A stretch of 42,773 bases of DNA. Source: Octopus sinensis. Lineage: Eukaryota. The translations under genes were made by a program, and so were the position numbers. The notes beneath the pieces were generated by a model. That model was not told the DNA's origin, did not search any database, and saw only the letters and a program-made list of their open reading frames with translations. The stretch lies in NCBI RefSeq assembly GCF_006345805.1, contig NW_021835051.1, forward strand, positions 1 through 42,773. Direction: 5' to 3'. Each line of letters starts with the position of its first letter. Positions within the stretch are counted from its first letter, which is position 1. Shown piece by piece: positions 1 through 12,699 of this stretch.

Positions 1-495
1 TTTGACCAACTTACTGATTTCAAAATCCAAATTAACACCATAAACAGTAGTATCAATTTCAGAAATAGTAGATTTTATCTTAGTTTCTTTTGCATATTTG
101 CTTTTATACTTACGTTCGGCAGTGCTGTACAAAATTTTGTGATATTTGGACATTTAGTTATTAATGAAAACAAACACAATTTTTGCTTGTTATCTCTTGA
201 CGAAATAAAATCATGGCTTCCATGACGTCAACACATACACACATACAGAATACACACACATGTCATGAATGTCATGACGTGTCAACCAACATAAACAGAC
301 GCCCGCTATCTGTGACATATCCACACACATAGTTTTCGCGCTCTCTAAGAAAGTTTTAATAATTTAGAAATATTTTTAACTGAATGCTGTTTCAAAAATG
401 TAAGTTGTTTGTACAATAAGTGTTTATATTTTAGCTTTCATTAAACAGACAATATTTTAATGTGTTTTTTAATCATTTTCAAGTGAGTGACGATG

Positions 496-1037
496 CTTCG
501 CTTTGACTCTCAGAACTGTCATTCGGAGTTCGTTAATTTACGTAAAAGTATTTTTTAATTTACTTTAGTTTTAAAGTGAAAGCGAGGAGAAAGTGAAAGA
601 AATATGTACATGTTTATGAAATAGACGTGTGCTTGTGAAAGAGAGGGAGAGAGAGAGAGAGAGAGAGGGAGAGAAAGAAAGAGAGAGAGACGGAAAGAAA
701 CAGGAAGAGAGAGAGAGAGTGAGAGAAGGCGTACATATGCGTACATCTTTTTAAATGTACGTGTATAAGTGTTTTTTTGAGATAGAGAAATAGAGAGAGT
801 GAGAGTGTGAACGTGTGTTCTCATGTGTAAGTGGCACACACACACACACACACTCTCTCTCTCTCACCCACACACGTCCATTTTATATACACGTTCATGC
901 ATCATTCATTTTCTCCTCTCTTTCACTTTAAAACAAAAGTAAATATAAAATTTCTTACAGAAATTAACGAATAAAAACAGCTGATCTGGATGAGAGTTCT
1001 GAGAGCCAAAACGACAATTCTGAGAGTCAAGGCGAAA
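496..1037. repeat. Imperfect foldback element
   Basis: 496-660 is the imperfect reverse complement of 855-1037; microsatellites inside. Confidence 0.65.
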
Positions 1038-1100
1038 GAATACCCCAACGGAATACCATTACAAAAATTTTTTCGAGTGCATTCAGCGCATCTCAGCGCC

Positions 1101-1219
1101 AAAGATTTGGCTGCTATTTCTAGCACGCCCTACTACCACGTAACAGCTGTTTCCGGTAATGGACTCGAAATACCGGTTAGGTGGTAGTAAGGCATGCAAG
1201 AAATAGCAGCAAAATCTTT
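1101..1219. repeat. Short imperfect hairpin
   Basis: Arms 1101-1139 and 1181-1219; inner ccggta/taccgg stem. Confidence 0.75.
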
Positions 1220-1814
1220 CCATTTCTGGATAAGGAGCCGTTTACGCATGATTTCGATGCCACATTCGTTGAAAGCATGCAAAATAACCCATGTTATTAA
1301 CGGTAAATATATGATTTTCCTTCTCTTATACCAAAGCTATCAACTAATTATTCTTTTAATATCCTGCTAAATCTCCCTTCTCTTAAAAAACCGTCTTATT
1401 ATTTTCTATTAATTTTATTATTATTGTTTCCCATAACTATTAAGGCTCCATTTTTAAATATTCACTTTGCTTACTTGAAATGTGTCGAGGGATTATCGTT
1501 TAACATGGGTTTTTCTCTCGCCTAATGTTGTAGCTTTGTATCTACATTAATTTAAAACTTGTTTATATTAATGCAGATATGTAAATAATTTACTTATTAT
1601 ATAATATAATAAAATGAATTATTTTGGTGAAATATAAGAACTTCCAATGGTTAAATAAACTTCATGTTATTTTCTCTAGTTATTTATAACTGTATACACT
1701 CCTAATGGTTTTCTCTTGTATCGTATTCTATATCATGTTTTGTAGAATGCTACAGTAAGGAGCTGATCTTATGAGTGCCATCGGATTAATTGAATCCATA
1801 CGTTGTGACTTAAA

Positions 1815-1865
<51 letters not shown>

Positions 1866-2074
1866 TTAATCCAAACATGAAAATACAAAGAGAAGACACA
1901 ACAACGCGAGGACGTGGGACAAGTATGGTATTATTGGACGCTCAGGAAAGAAGGAAAGAAGGAGGGTTTAACATTTCGAGCGGAGTTCTTCGTCAGAAAC
2001 AGGAAAAGGAAAGATCCAAAGAAGGGAAGGTGGAGGAAAAAAATCGCCAATGGTACACACGCGGTCACAATTAT

Positions 2075-2099
2075 CTATATATATATATATCTATATATA

Positions 2100-2172
<73 letters not shown>

Positions 2173-2207
2173 CACATATATATTTATATACATATATATA
2201 TATAATA

Positions 2208-2274
<67 letters not shown>

Positions 2275-2280
2275 TATTTA
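2075..2280. repeat. (TA)n microsatellite
   Basis: Direct inspection; marks the left edge of the duplication. Confidence 0.95.
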
Positions 2281-2596
2281 TTGTAGCATCAGTAAATAGT
2301 TCTCAATCCAACTATCGTTAAATATCATTTAATGACGACAGGTGTTGTACGTGAACTACTTGAAATTTCATACCCGATTAGTGCAATCATCGGACAGGCC
2401 TGTATCGCATATTATACATGATCCAGCGATCTGGCAAGCTCAAACGATATGGCTACTCTGTGAGTAAACGCGAGAAAAATAGCAGAGGACATTAAGAAAT
2501 ATTTGAAAGGAAAAGAAAGTATAAAAATTACACAATTAATCTATCTTCTCAAACTCTATTAACTATTAAAAGAGGACAAATATATAAATAATTTAC

Positions 2597-2733
2597 CTGT
2601 ACAATTTCTTCTCGACACTTCTCCTGTACATCCGTGTATTTGGCCATACAGACAAAAGCCCAGGTAAGATGGCTAGAAGTTGTGTCGGTTCCAGCCAGAA
2701 ATAAATCGCAAATTGTGTGGAACAAATTCTCAT
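2597..2733 (-). CDS. CYP gene A exon 5 (I helix)
   Basis: (D)ENLFHTICDLFLAGTDTTSSHLTWAFVCMAKYTDVQEKCREEIVQ|gtaaat (phase 0); AGTDTT oxygen-binding motif; 137 nt. Confidence 0.95.
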
Positions 2734-2871
2734 CTTCGATGTAGAAATGATAATTAGATTTAAAAGCATAATAATTGTGCATAATTATAGAAAATAGTGA
2801 ATAAATTAATGACAATAAGGATAATAACTGTCCCAAAGAAGCATCTTTGGTAAAATATATTTGCATCAGTT

Positions 2872-3193
2872 ATGTTCAACTCGTTCGAGTGTAATCGGAC
2901 ACGTTAAGACCAATCACTGCAGAAATACCCATTTGAAAATATTCTACACTTTGATTTGCCTAAATAAGCATTTTGTGTTGGGCTATGAGTGGCATAGATC
3001 GTTTCGGCAGCGTGGTCAACTGAGTTAGTTTTGGCAGAAGATATATTTCAACGATACAGAAACGCCTGCTCCCTCTTAGCCCCCAACAAAATTTGCATGT
3101 ACAGGAACTGAGGTGGTGATTTTTTTACTCCTGGGACTAGTTCTGAAGCGATAGGCCTTATCACGTCCAGTTACACTCGAACATTTCAAGCAT
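2872..3193. mobile_element. MITE-like element with imperfect TIRs
   Basis: gttcgagtgtaatcggac at left end vs gtccagttacactcgaac at right end. Confidence 0.5.
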
Positions 3194-3416
3194 GACTGTA
3201 CACGAATATACAGAAATAGAAAAATATATCAAACTATCATCAGTTAAAACTCCTTCGGCAGGTTACTTGATCTGAAACCACGTTTTAAGTGGGGATCAAA
3301 CATTTTACGAAAGGGATTTAAAAAATTTACGAATGCACAAAATCTCTTATATAATAACTTTGGGGATATTTCCTTATATTAGTGCCCGATGTTAAGTTTT
3401 TAAATGTCCCGTGCTG

Positions 3417-3549
3417 CTTCGTCAGTGATAAATGTGGCAAAAAAATAAATGAGATACTTACTCATACCCATGGGTATGAGTAAGTATCTCATTTATGGGT
3501 ATGTGTAAGTATCTCATTTATTTTTTTGCCACTTTTATCACTGACGAAG
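3417..3549. repeat. Near-perfect palindrome with duplicated centre
   Basis: cttcgtcagtgataa...catacccatgggtatg...ttatcactgacgaag; inner tgggtatg.gtaagtatctcattta occurs twice. Confidence 0.85.
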
Positions 3550-3743
3550 GAAGGGTTCTCACGAACTAACCCTGAAATCGGTCCGATATAGTAATAATGG
3601 AATTTTTTTAGAAATTTCTGTCGGCTTTTTTTCGAGTAGCGTGCGTATTATGAAAAATTATATGGTAATGGATAATATGTCCAATTTTCGGCATATTTGG
3701 CATTAGAAATTTTTTCGTTTGCCCTTATTTATAAGTTTTATAT

Positions 3744-3807
<64 letters not shown>

Positions 3808-4567
3808 CAGACACATATACATATATATATATACATATGTGGATATATATACATAAAAATGATATATATTATATATGTATTCTATTTCCTCAATAGGAAG
3901 TACGTAGAAGCGTTTCATAATTTTTTGTTAATCAAATAATTGCATTGTTGAATTATTCTTTTAGATCAGTATTTCTCAACGGGGATCTCAGGGGAGAGAT
4001 TCAGGGAGTCGCTGGCGATGTATCGTGATGATCAAAAATCCGGCCTGCTAAAATTTGGTTAAAGTGATTCAAACTGCAGACTCAACGCAAAATGGTCACG
4101 TTTAATTCAAAGCGTTATAAATATTATGAAAACAATTGGCATGTGTTCACAAAGTCCAAACGATTAATACGAAAAAACCATCCAGGCTACATCCCGAAAA
4201 TTTATTTCTTGATTTTTAAAATTTTTCATGCAATTTACGCATGCTTGCACGCGTGGTGAACACAGTTCATGTCAAACAGCTGACTGAGTAAAGTTCACTA
4301 TTAAATGCATGGGATAAGGCCTAAACAAACACATTATCGATTTTTGCACTTGCGAAATGAATTTCGGAACAGAAATAGCGCAGTTCAATTTTCATTCGCC
4401 TAAACTTTAAGTGACCCATTTTTGGTGGTTCTATGATTTGTTCGCTATGAGGAGATGTGCCGGGAAGTTAAACACACAGACACACAAGTTGAGTTTTATA
4501 TATATAAATATATATTTCAAAAATGAATAGAAATAGCTTTTCTCATAATTTTCCCAAGTTAATTGAA

Positions 4568-4620
<53 letters not shown>

Positions 4621-4727
4621 TAAGTAATTAAGGGTTTAGCAACGATTTGCCTCACCACACACCGAGTTTAGAAATAGCAGTCAAAGAGTTATAGCTATTC
4701 TTTCTACTAAAAGGGAGATCTCAGTAA

Positions 4728-4835
<108 letters not shown>

Positions 4836-5122
4836 ATATATATATATATGTATGTATGTGTGTGTGTGTGTGTGTGTCTGTCTGTCTGTCTGTCTTTGCG
4901 TGTCTGTGTGTGTGTGCATATAAAGAAAGCATGTTTGGGAAAGGGAAAATTATATGGATTATCTATTATAGAATATTGTTTCTTCAAAATGATTTATAAT
5001 ATACCCTTTATATCTTTTATATTTTATTTTATGATTAAAATAATTCTTTTTGTTGTTAATTTCTTTTATTGACATCATTGAAGAATTATAAGAATATAAT
5101 TAACAGCTCATACAAAACTCAC

Positions 5123-5279
5123 CAGTTAACGTTTCACTGTTTGGTTCCTTCTCAAGCGTCAGCAAATACATATCAATGAAATCTCTTATGTTTTCAGCAT
5201 TAAACGTTTCTTTATGTTCTATGATTTTATTTTTTACGTAACTTCGGACCTTCTCCTGCTTCCTTATAACCTTTTCTAT
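5123..5279 (-). CDS. CYP gene A exon 4
   Basis: ttatag|ATA; IEKVIRKQEKVRSYVKNKIIEHKETFNAENIRDFIDMYLLTLEKEPNSETLT, RDFID motif; G|gtgagt (phase 1); 157 nt. Confidence 0.93.
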
Positions 5280-5609
5280 CTATAACAAGACAGTCAACAA
5301 CAATAACAGTAACGTATTTGCCGAATTAAATGTTTTACAATATAACATTTTTTATCAAATAACACTTAATTCTATGTTTATATCTAGTTGGAGCTGACTT
5401 TCTTATTGAGTCAATAAAAATAAACACATTTATTCACCAATCTAACCACTATAAACCAGTTGGTAATAAAATTCTTTATTTCCAAACTACGAACTCCATA
5501 TAAATTGCACACGGAATTACATTTAATTGTAAGATGAATTATTTATCTTGCATGGAATTGTTTTGAAGTAGGGAGTTATATATTCATATGTACACACACG
5601 CACACACAC

Positions 5610-5644
<35 letters not shown>

Positions 5645-5661
5645 TAATAATAATAATAATA

Positions 5662-5692
<31 letters not shown>

Positions 5693-5699
5693 CCCAGTG

Positions 5700-5935
5700 T
5701 CACTTTGATGGCATGCACTGCTCTCTCACTCAATAGTAATAATGATGATGATAATTCTTTCTGACTTCAATATGCTTAACTGGAATACCAGTGAAATAAT
5801 GAAACTTGGTAGAAAATTCCGCAAGCTACTGACTTGTAATAAGATGCACCATCCAAAGGCAGTAGTGGATCGACTTTACCTTCCCAGAGCTCAGGGAGGA
5901 CGAGGTTTGATCCAGATAAGACAATAATCAGATAA
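5700..5935 (+). mobile_element. R4/Dong-like non-LTR fragment
   Basis: MHHPKAVVDRLYLPRAQGGRGLIQI; follows an (AAT)n array. Confidence 0.7.
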
Positions 5936-6810
5936 GACAATGTCCGGCAAATATGGTGTGTGGGGCATTCGTTTCCCATTCAAATGACTTCGGCCTTTGG
6001 ATTGTCACCCTTGCTGTATGTGAGCGAGCATTATCTTCATGGAAGAACACCTTTCGACTTGAAAGCAAAGATAATCATTTTTCTTCTAGCGCTGATTTAA
6101 GCCGCTCAAGCTGCTCGCAGTAGATCTGTTTTGTTATAATTTGGTTTGGATTTAAAAGTTCAAAGTTTACTAAACCTTTCATATCCCACCAAACTGACGA
6201 CAACTGATTACGTGTTTAGCTTGAGGTGCCGGAGTTTCTCCTTCCTCTACCCACTCTTTTCGGCGCTTGAAATTTTTATATAGAAACCATTTCTCCTCAT
6301 CAGTAACTATTCTCTCCAAAAAAAGGTTCATTCGTGAAACGTGACAGCAAAGAAGAGGAAACATTCGCGCTCTGTGCGCGATTAGATTCGGAAAGTTTGT
6401 GAGGAAGCCGCTGCCCCAATTCACTGACTTTCCCGATGGCACGCAGGTGTCGATAAATGGTTGACTGACCAGATCCAAGTTACAATGGGATTTTCTTCCA
6501 CCAGGGTTTGCAGGACGTCCTCATCGAGCTCTACAGATCTTCCAAGATGAGGTTTGTCTTCTAGGCTTCAGTTTCCGGCTCGGAGTTTCTGGAACCACTG
6601 TTGACACTGGCTTACGCTTATTGTCCGATCCTCATACACTGCATTAATATCCCTTGCCTTTTCCGTTGCCTTCTTGCCTTTACTGAACTCATAAAGCAAA
6701 ATATGCCAAATATGTCCCTTTGTCACTTCCGTTATAGATACGAAAAAGTAACGGTTAAAATCGAACTGCATTCTTTAAAACTTGCATTAAGAATAAAAAT
6801 AATGTAAAAT
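5935..6810 (-). mobile_element. Mariner transposase remnant
   Basis: HILLYEFSKGKKATEKARDINAVY...QCQQWFQKLRAGN (HTH); RIVTDEEKWFLYKNFKRRKEW (first catalytic D region). Confidence 0.88.
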
Positions 6811-7280
6811 TGCCATCTGCTTTTACAGGTAAAATTACAACCTGCTTTTACAGGTAAGATTACTACCTGCTTTTATAGCAAGTTGATGCAGGCAGTTTAT
6901 CCCTTTCGGCTTTGACATTTAGATTATGCAACTGAAAAATCTGCATTATTTATGGGGTTTTTTTCAATATGTAGACCAATTATAAAAATCTGAAAGACTC
7001 TCTCTCTCTCTCCTCTTCCCACAGCCTAATGAGAGGCGTTTTCAAAATAGTAGGGGTAAAGTCACTTTCCCTACTTAACAGTAATATAGATTTGAACGTA
7101 GTATATCCGCTTTCTGCGTTCAAGAGATGAAATAATTTAACACAAAATTCCGGCATATTTTTTATCAAGCAATTATCTTCAGAATATTCTGGAAACCTGG
7201 ATTTTAATTTTTTTTTAATATACCCTGGATTGTAAAGTTGATTTAATATTCGTATTTTGATGTGAAGTTTTTATACTTAC

Positions 7281-7407
7281 GGAAGAATTCCACCGAAAAA
7301 ATCTGATGAATGGAAAGAAATTTTCTGGTACAAATACACCAATATATTTGAACACATCTTGAAAATGTTGAACGATCTCCTGAAACTCAGAATCACTGTA
7401 TTTGATC
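7281..7407 (-). CDS. CYP gene A exon 3
   Basis: ttgaag|G ATC; IKYSDSEFQEIVQHFQDVFKYIGVFVPENFFPFIRFFRWNSS|gtaagt (phase 0); 127 nt. Confidence 0.92.
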
Positions 7408-7489
7408 CTTCAAAAAGAAAACAGCAAAACATCATACATTCATAGCATGGCCGCAGTCAAATGACTAAAACATGTAAAAGAATAAAAGA

Positions 7490-7527
<38 letters not shown>

Positions 7528-7849
7528 ATATACTTTCAATAATAATAACGAGTAAAATTAATTAATTAATAATTCGGTATGTTAAAATAACTTTTATCGG
7601 TAAACTTATACAAAAATTCTATAATTATAAGCATAATTATAATTAAAGAGATGTAAAATTCCTATTTACTCACTTATTTCCAACTTCAGTGTAGTATTTC
7701 ACGTATAAGTTTGAAAGTACTTAATAATTAAATACGCATTCGACCAAGCGATATCGAATAACTAATATCCAACAAACAGCACTTCCAAATTTATACGGAC
7801 GAATAACGAATTCACACGTCTTAATTATAGAATTTATATATATATTTAA

Positions 7850-9185
7850 GATTGATGCCTGTTCACGTTGAAGGCGGGAGACTTGGTGACACCTGTGCTG
7901 ACACAGTCAGAACATGGACAGATGTAGCGAATGACTGGTAGAGCGGAAGTGGCGCGAGACCGGGCTGTCATTGCCAAATCTGATGTCTCGGAGGTGCTCC
8001 GCGAACCACTCGGTCAAGCGGTGTCCCTTTTGACCAATGTACAGAGAAGGACAGAGGGAGCAAGTGATGCTGTAAATAACATTACTAGAGGTGCAGGTAA
8101 AGGAATCGGTGACGAATGGGCGGGCCATGAGTTGAGATTGAGTCACAAAGTCATGGCCGTCACTGCATAACCTGCGTAGACACAGGAATTGGGATTAGGG
8201 AATGGAGAGCTTGGTGTGGGTTGAGTGGGAGGAGGAGAAGTTAATGTAGGAGTGTGAGTCAGTATGCTTAGATAGAGGTTGCTGACAGAAATGTCGAGAA
8301 ATTCGATGGAAGAGTTAGAGATAGTAGAGGAGAATTCGAGGTTAGGCTGAAAGGATTGGACAGAAAAAAGGAAGGAGTCCAGTTGTTCGCGGGAGAGTGA
8401 GGTCACGCCGATACAGTCGTCTATATAACGACCGTATAGCTCGAGAGTGAGACCAGTGAATTGTGAGAATATTTGGGCCTCATCGTAGCCAATGGACAGG
8501 TTCGCACAGTTGAGGCTCATTCTCGTTCCCATGGCCACTCCCGAAACTTTTGGTAAAACTCCACCGCGAACAAGAAGTAGCTGAGGGAGTGGAGAAGTTC
8601 AACCAGACGTGTGGAAATGTCAGGTTGAGGGTTAAGCCGATGGTCAAGGAAGGGTTTAAGCGCAAGAATTCCTTCGTTTTATGGGATCACCGTATACCGA
8701 GTCCTAATGTCAAAAGTGAACAGAATTTGAGAGGGTTGAGAAGGGAAGCTGAAAGAGTTAAACAGACGGAGAGCATGATTGGTATCGTGAATGTGTAAGG
8801 AAAGGGAAGCTATTAGGGGGCAAGGACACGGTCGAAGTATTTGGAGAACATTTCTGTGGGGCTGTTACTGGTGGAGACGATAGAGCGGCCAGAATTGTTA
8901 GGCTTGTGAATTTTGGAAATGAAGTAAATAGTGGGTGTGCGTGGGGTACGGACAATGAAGTTGGAGGCGGTGGGAGGAAGACAGGAGGAGGAAATGAGGT
9001 CATGAATAGTGGAAGACACAGTCTGTTGGTAGTTAGGTGTGGGGTTGGAGGGGAGTGGGCAAGAATATGAGAGGTTTAGTTCACTGATGATCTAAACAAA
9101 CGGTACGGTGCGTATGTGCTATAACCGGTCATCCGTGAGGTTCGGTGTTCACAGCTAAGGCTGGATTTAGTGATCCGTAGTAGGC
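7850..9185 (-). mobile_element. Decayed Penelope-like retroelement (RT + GIY-YIG)
   Basis: SKIHKPNNSGRSIVS, AMGTRM, YGRYIDDCIG (RT); NVIYSITCSLCPSLYIGQ...FAEHLRDI (GIY-YIG); frameshifted. Confidence 0.9.
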
Positions 9186-9386
9186 TTTCAAGCCTGCAGG
9201 TATATATTAAAGAAAAATGGAAAAGAAAACCAAGGCAGGACGAGTATCTCAGGTCATTAGAATATTTGATTGAAGTGAATCAAAAATGGAGAAATAGAAG
9301 TTGTTACTCCGACTCCATTTCTTATTCATCTTACTCTAACTAAATATTCTACATGAGATACTCATTCCGCCTTGGTTTTATTTTTC

Positions 9387-9492
<106 letters not shown>

Positions 9493-9839
9493 CATACATA
9501 GATACATACATACATAGACAAATACGGAAGGAATCAAGAATATTTGCATAATCTAAACAAAATTGAACTAAGATAGATAACTCAGAGTGACCAATAGCAT
9601 GTATTTGAAGAACATAGACAGAAAACAGGTATATTAAATATGATACAATATAAATTCATGCTTTCCTAGAATGATACAAGCTTCTAGAAAATGTGTTGGC
9701 ATTACCAAAGAATAGAGAACAACATCTTAATAGAAAGGGAGATAAGCTCAAAGAACAAGAATTCTCCATGTATACACACAAACATACACGTTCACACACC
9801 CACGTATATACACACACACACACTTACATACACACATTC

Positions 9840-10240
9840 TTTTATTCTCACATTCTTTTACTTGTCTGAGACAGTTGATTGCGGCCATGCAAGAGCACCA
9901 CTTTGAAGGGTGCTTTAGTCAAATAAATCAAACACAGGACTTATTTCTTAAGCCTAGTACTTATTCTTTTGAAGTCTTTTGCCGAACCGCTAAGTGACGC
10001 GGACGTAAACACACCAGCATCGGTTGTCGAGTTATGATGGATACACAAACACACACACAGACATACGCACTCAAACATATACATACACACGACGGGCTTC
10101 TTTCAGTTTCCGTCTACCAAATCCACTCACAACGCTTTGGTTGGCCCGAGGTTATAGCAGAAGACTCTAATCCAAGTGCTACGCAGTGGGACTGAACCTG
10201 GAACAATGTGGTTGGGAAGCAAACTTCTTACCACACAACT
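9840..10240 (-). mobile_element. tRNA-derived SINE
   Basis: Minus-strand head tgtgtggtaagaag...ttgttccaggttcagtccc with A/B-box-like motifs; internal (CA)n. Confidence 0.75.
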
Positions 10241-10295
10241 AACGCAAACACAAACATACACACCCATATATTTCTGGATCTGTACTGCTACTCAC

Positions 10296-10521
10296 CTTTT
10301 ACCAAATATGATATTGTATATGACACTCGAAGTGAAGAGTGGCAACTGTTTATTCAAGGAGAACGGTTTACCATTTTGAGATTGAAAAGCTTCGCCTAAT
10401 CTCTGGGTTTCTAAAGATATCTTTTCTTCCAGAACTTTTTTGCCTACTCCTAGTTCCCGAAGTGCTGACATGGTAAACTTTCTCTGGTCTTTCCATTGTT
10501 TTCCAGAACTAAAAACGATAC
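10296..10521 (-). CDS. CYP gene A exon 2
   Basis: tttcag|GT ATC...; (G)IVFSSGKQWKDQRKFTMSALRELGVGKKVLEEKI...IIFGK(R), C-helix WxxxR; ends AG|gtgagt (phase 2); 226 nt. Confidence 0.95.
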
Positions 10522-10679
10522 CTGAAACAATGAAAGTAAAAATAAGCTTTTCAAAATATCTTTTGTTTTGAAATATTTAAAACTGAGAAGAATATTTGAA
10601 AATATTAGAAACAATATCGAGATATTAAACATTTAGAGATTGTTTTGAATCCTTCGTTACGCATAGAATTCCTCAATAC

Positions 10680-10955
<276 letters not shown>

Positions 10956-11207
10956 TATAAAAATAACAGGAACCAAGAGGTGGAACGAAACGACGAATCG
11001 GAACGAACCTGACGCGGGGCGCTGTCAGACAATAATGTGATAAATAAAAATATATGCATACATACAAACATATATGTACGTACCTACATCTACATGTATA
11101 TATACATGCATATATAAATAATTATACGTGAGTACAGGATACCACAATAAGACGTAGAAACGGGAAAAACAAAAAACAAAAACAAGAAAACGAAAAAACA
11201 GTTACAG

Positions 11208-11277
11208 GACGTGCTACACCGTCATCAGCTGTCGCTAGTAGACGTGCTACACCCATCATCAGCTGTCGCTAGTAGAC
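11208..11277 (+). repeat. 33-bp tandem duplication
   Basis: gacgtgctacacc(g/ca)tcatcagctgtcgctagta twice; also present at about 38998-39067. Confidence 0.9.
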
Positions 11278-11711
11278 TCAAGCATGTTTTGAAGGCAAGA
11301 GGGAACACTAATCCACTAGGCCTTCCTGCGAGAGAATTAAAATAAAATTTATATATATATATATATATATATATAAATTAAATTAGAGATAAAACCACTA
11401 TTAGGCAACTCAAACAGTGAAAGACATAAAACAAAACAGAAATAAAAATAATTAATATAATATACAAAATACAAAATTTTAAATTTAAATTATTTAAATT
11501 AAATTTAAAATTTTAATTGTTAATTTATATTTATAAATTTATATATATATATTATATTATATTTTTATTATTTAATTATTTATTTAATAATTAAAAATAT
11601 ATATATATAACTATCAAAATGTATTAAAAGTTTAATGTAAGATAAAAAGTATATATATCTTTATATATATATCTATCTATATTTATATATGCATATATAT
11701 ATCTATATTTA

Positions 11712-11873
<162 letters not shown>

Positions 11874-11972
11874 TCAATATAGGGTGCCAAAAAAAATTTT
11901 GTAGAATTTTTTTTGCCACCAGCGGCCTAGTGGGAAAAAATTAAATAGTCATAGACCATTTTTAAGTTCAAC

Positions 11973-12478
11973 ATCAACAATCAAGGAACGGCCATAATAG
12001 GCCATTCACCCACTAGAAATAACAGCCAAAGCTTCAACCGCAAATAAAAATTAATTCCGTAAACCAGGAGAAAATTTAAAAAACATTTACCCTGTAATTT
12101 CTTATACGATGCACCGTTTCATCTGCTGTTTAATGGTAAACTAACCTGATTAAATTAAATCAAGCCAATCTTCCATAGGCCCTCAGATTCTTCAGTAAGA
12201 AATAGCCCAAGTCGGAACAGATATTTTCACGAGGCATTTCCGACCTTGCCAAGGTAATATCTGACCTAAAATTTTCAAATCGTCGCACTCGCGATTTAAT
12301 TTAATCAGGTTAGTTTACCATTAAACCAGATGACGGTGCGTCGTATAAGAAATTACAGGGTAAATGTTTTTTAAATTTTCTCCTGGTTTACGGAATTAAT
12401 TTTTATTTGCGGTTGAAGCTTTGGCTGTTATTTCTCAGTGGGTGAATGGCCTATTATGGCCGTTCCTTGATTGTTGAT
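11973..12478. repeat. Long foldback (about 189-bp arms, 131-bp spacer)
   Basis: 11973-12161 is the near-perfect reverse complement of 12293-12478. Confidence 0.92.
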
Positions 12479-12699
12479 ATATATATATATATATATATAT
12501 ATAGATATATATATCTATATATATATGTTATATATATATATATATATATTTATATGTGTGTGTGTGTGTGTGTATGTGTGTGTGAAAGAATAAGTTCAAG
12601 TAGAAGAATTCAAAAGTTTTGGGAGAGTCCAAAAAGATATATTTCTAATAATTATTCATCATATCAGAATGATATCCTGCTAAAGCAAGCAATTAAAAT

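Noticed and set aside
1-130. Donor-like gtaagt sites as possible gene A exon 6
   Set aside because: Translations show no J/K-helix or ExxR similarity
6980-7200. Minus-strand ORF MIKNMPEFCVKLFHLL... conserved in both copies; candidate extra CYP exon
   Set aside because: No P450 similarity and an A-rich upstream tract; exons 3 and 4 already join in phase 0; conservation is explained by the recent duplication
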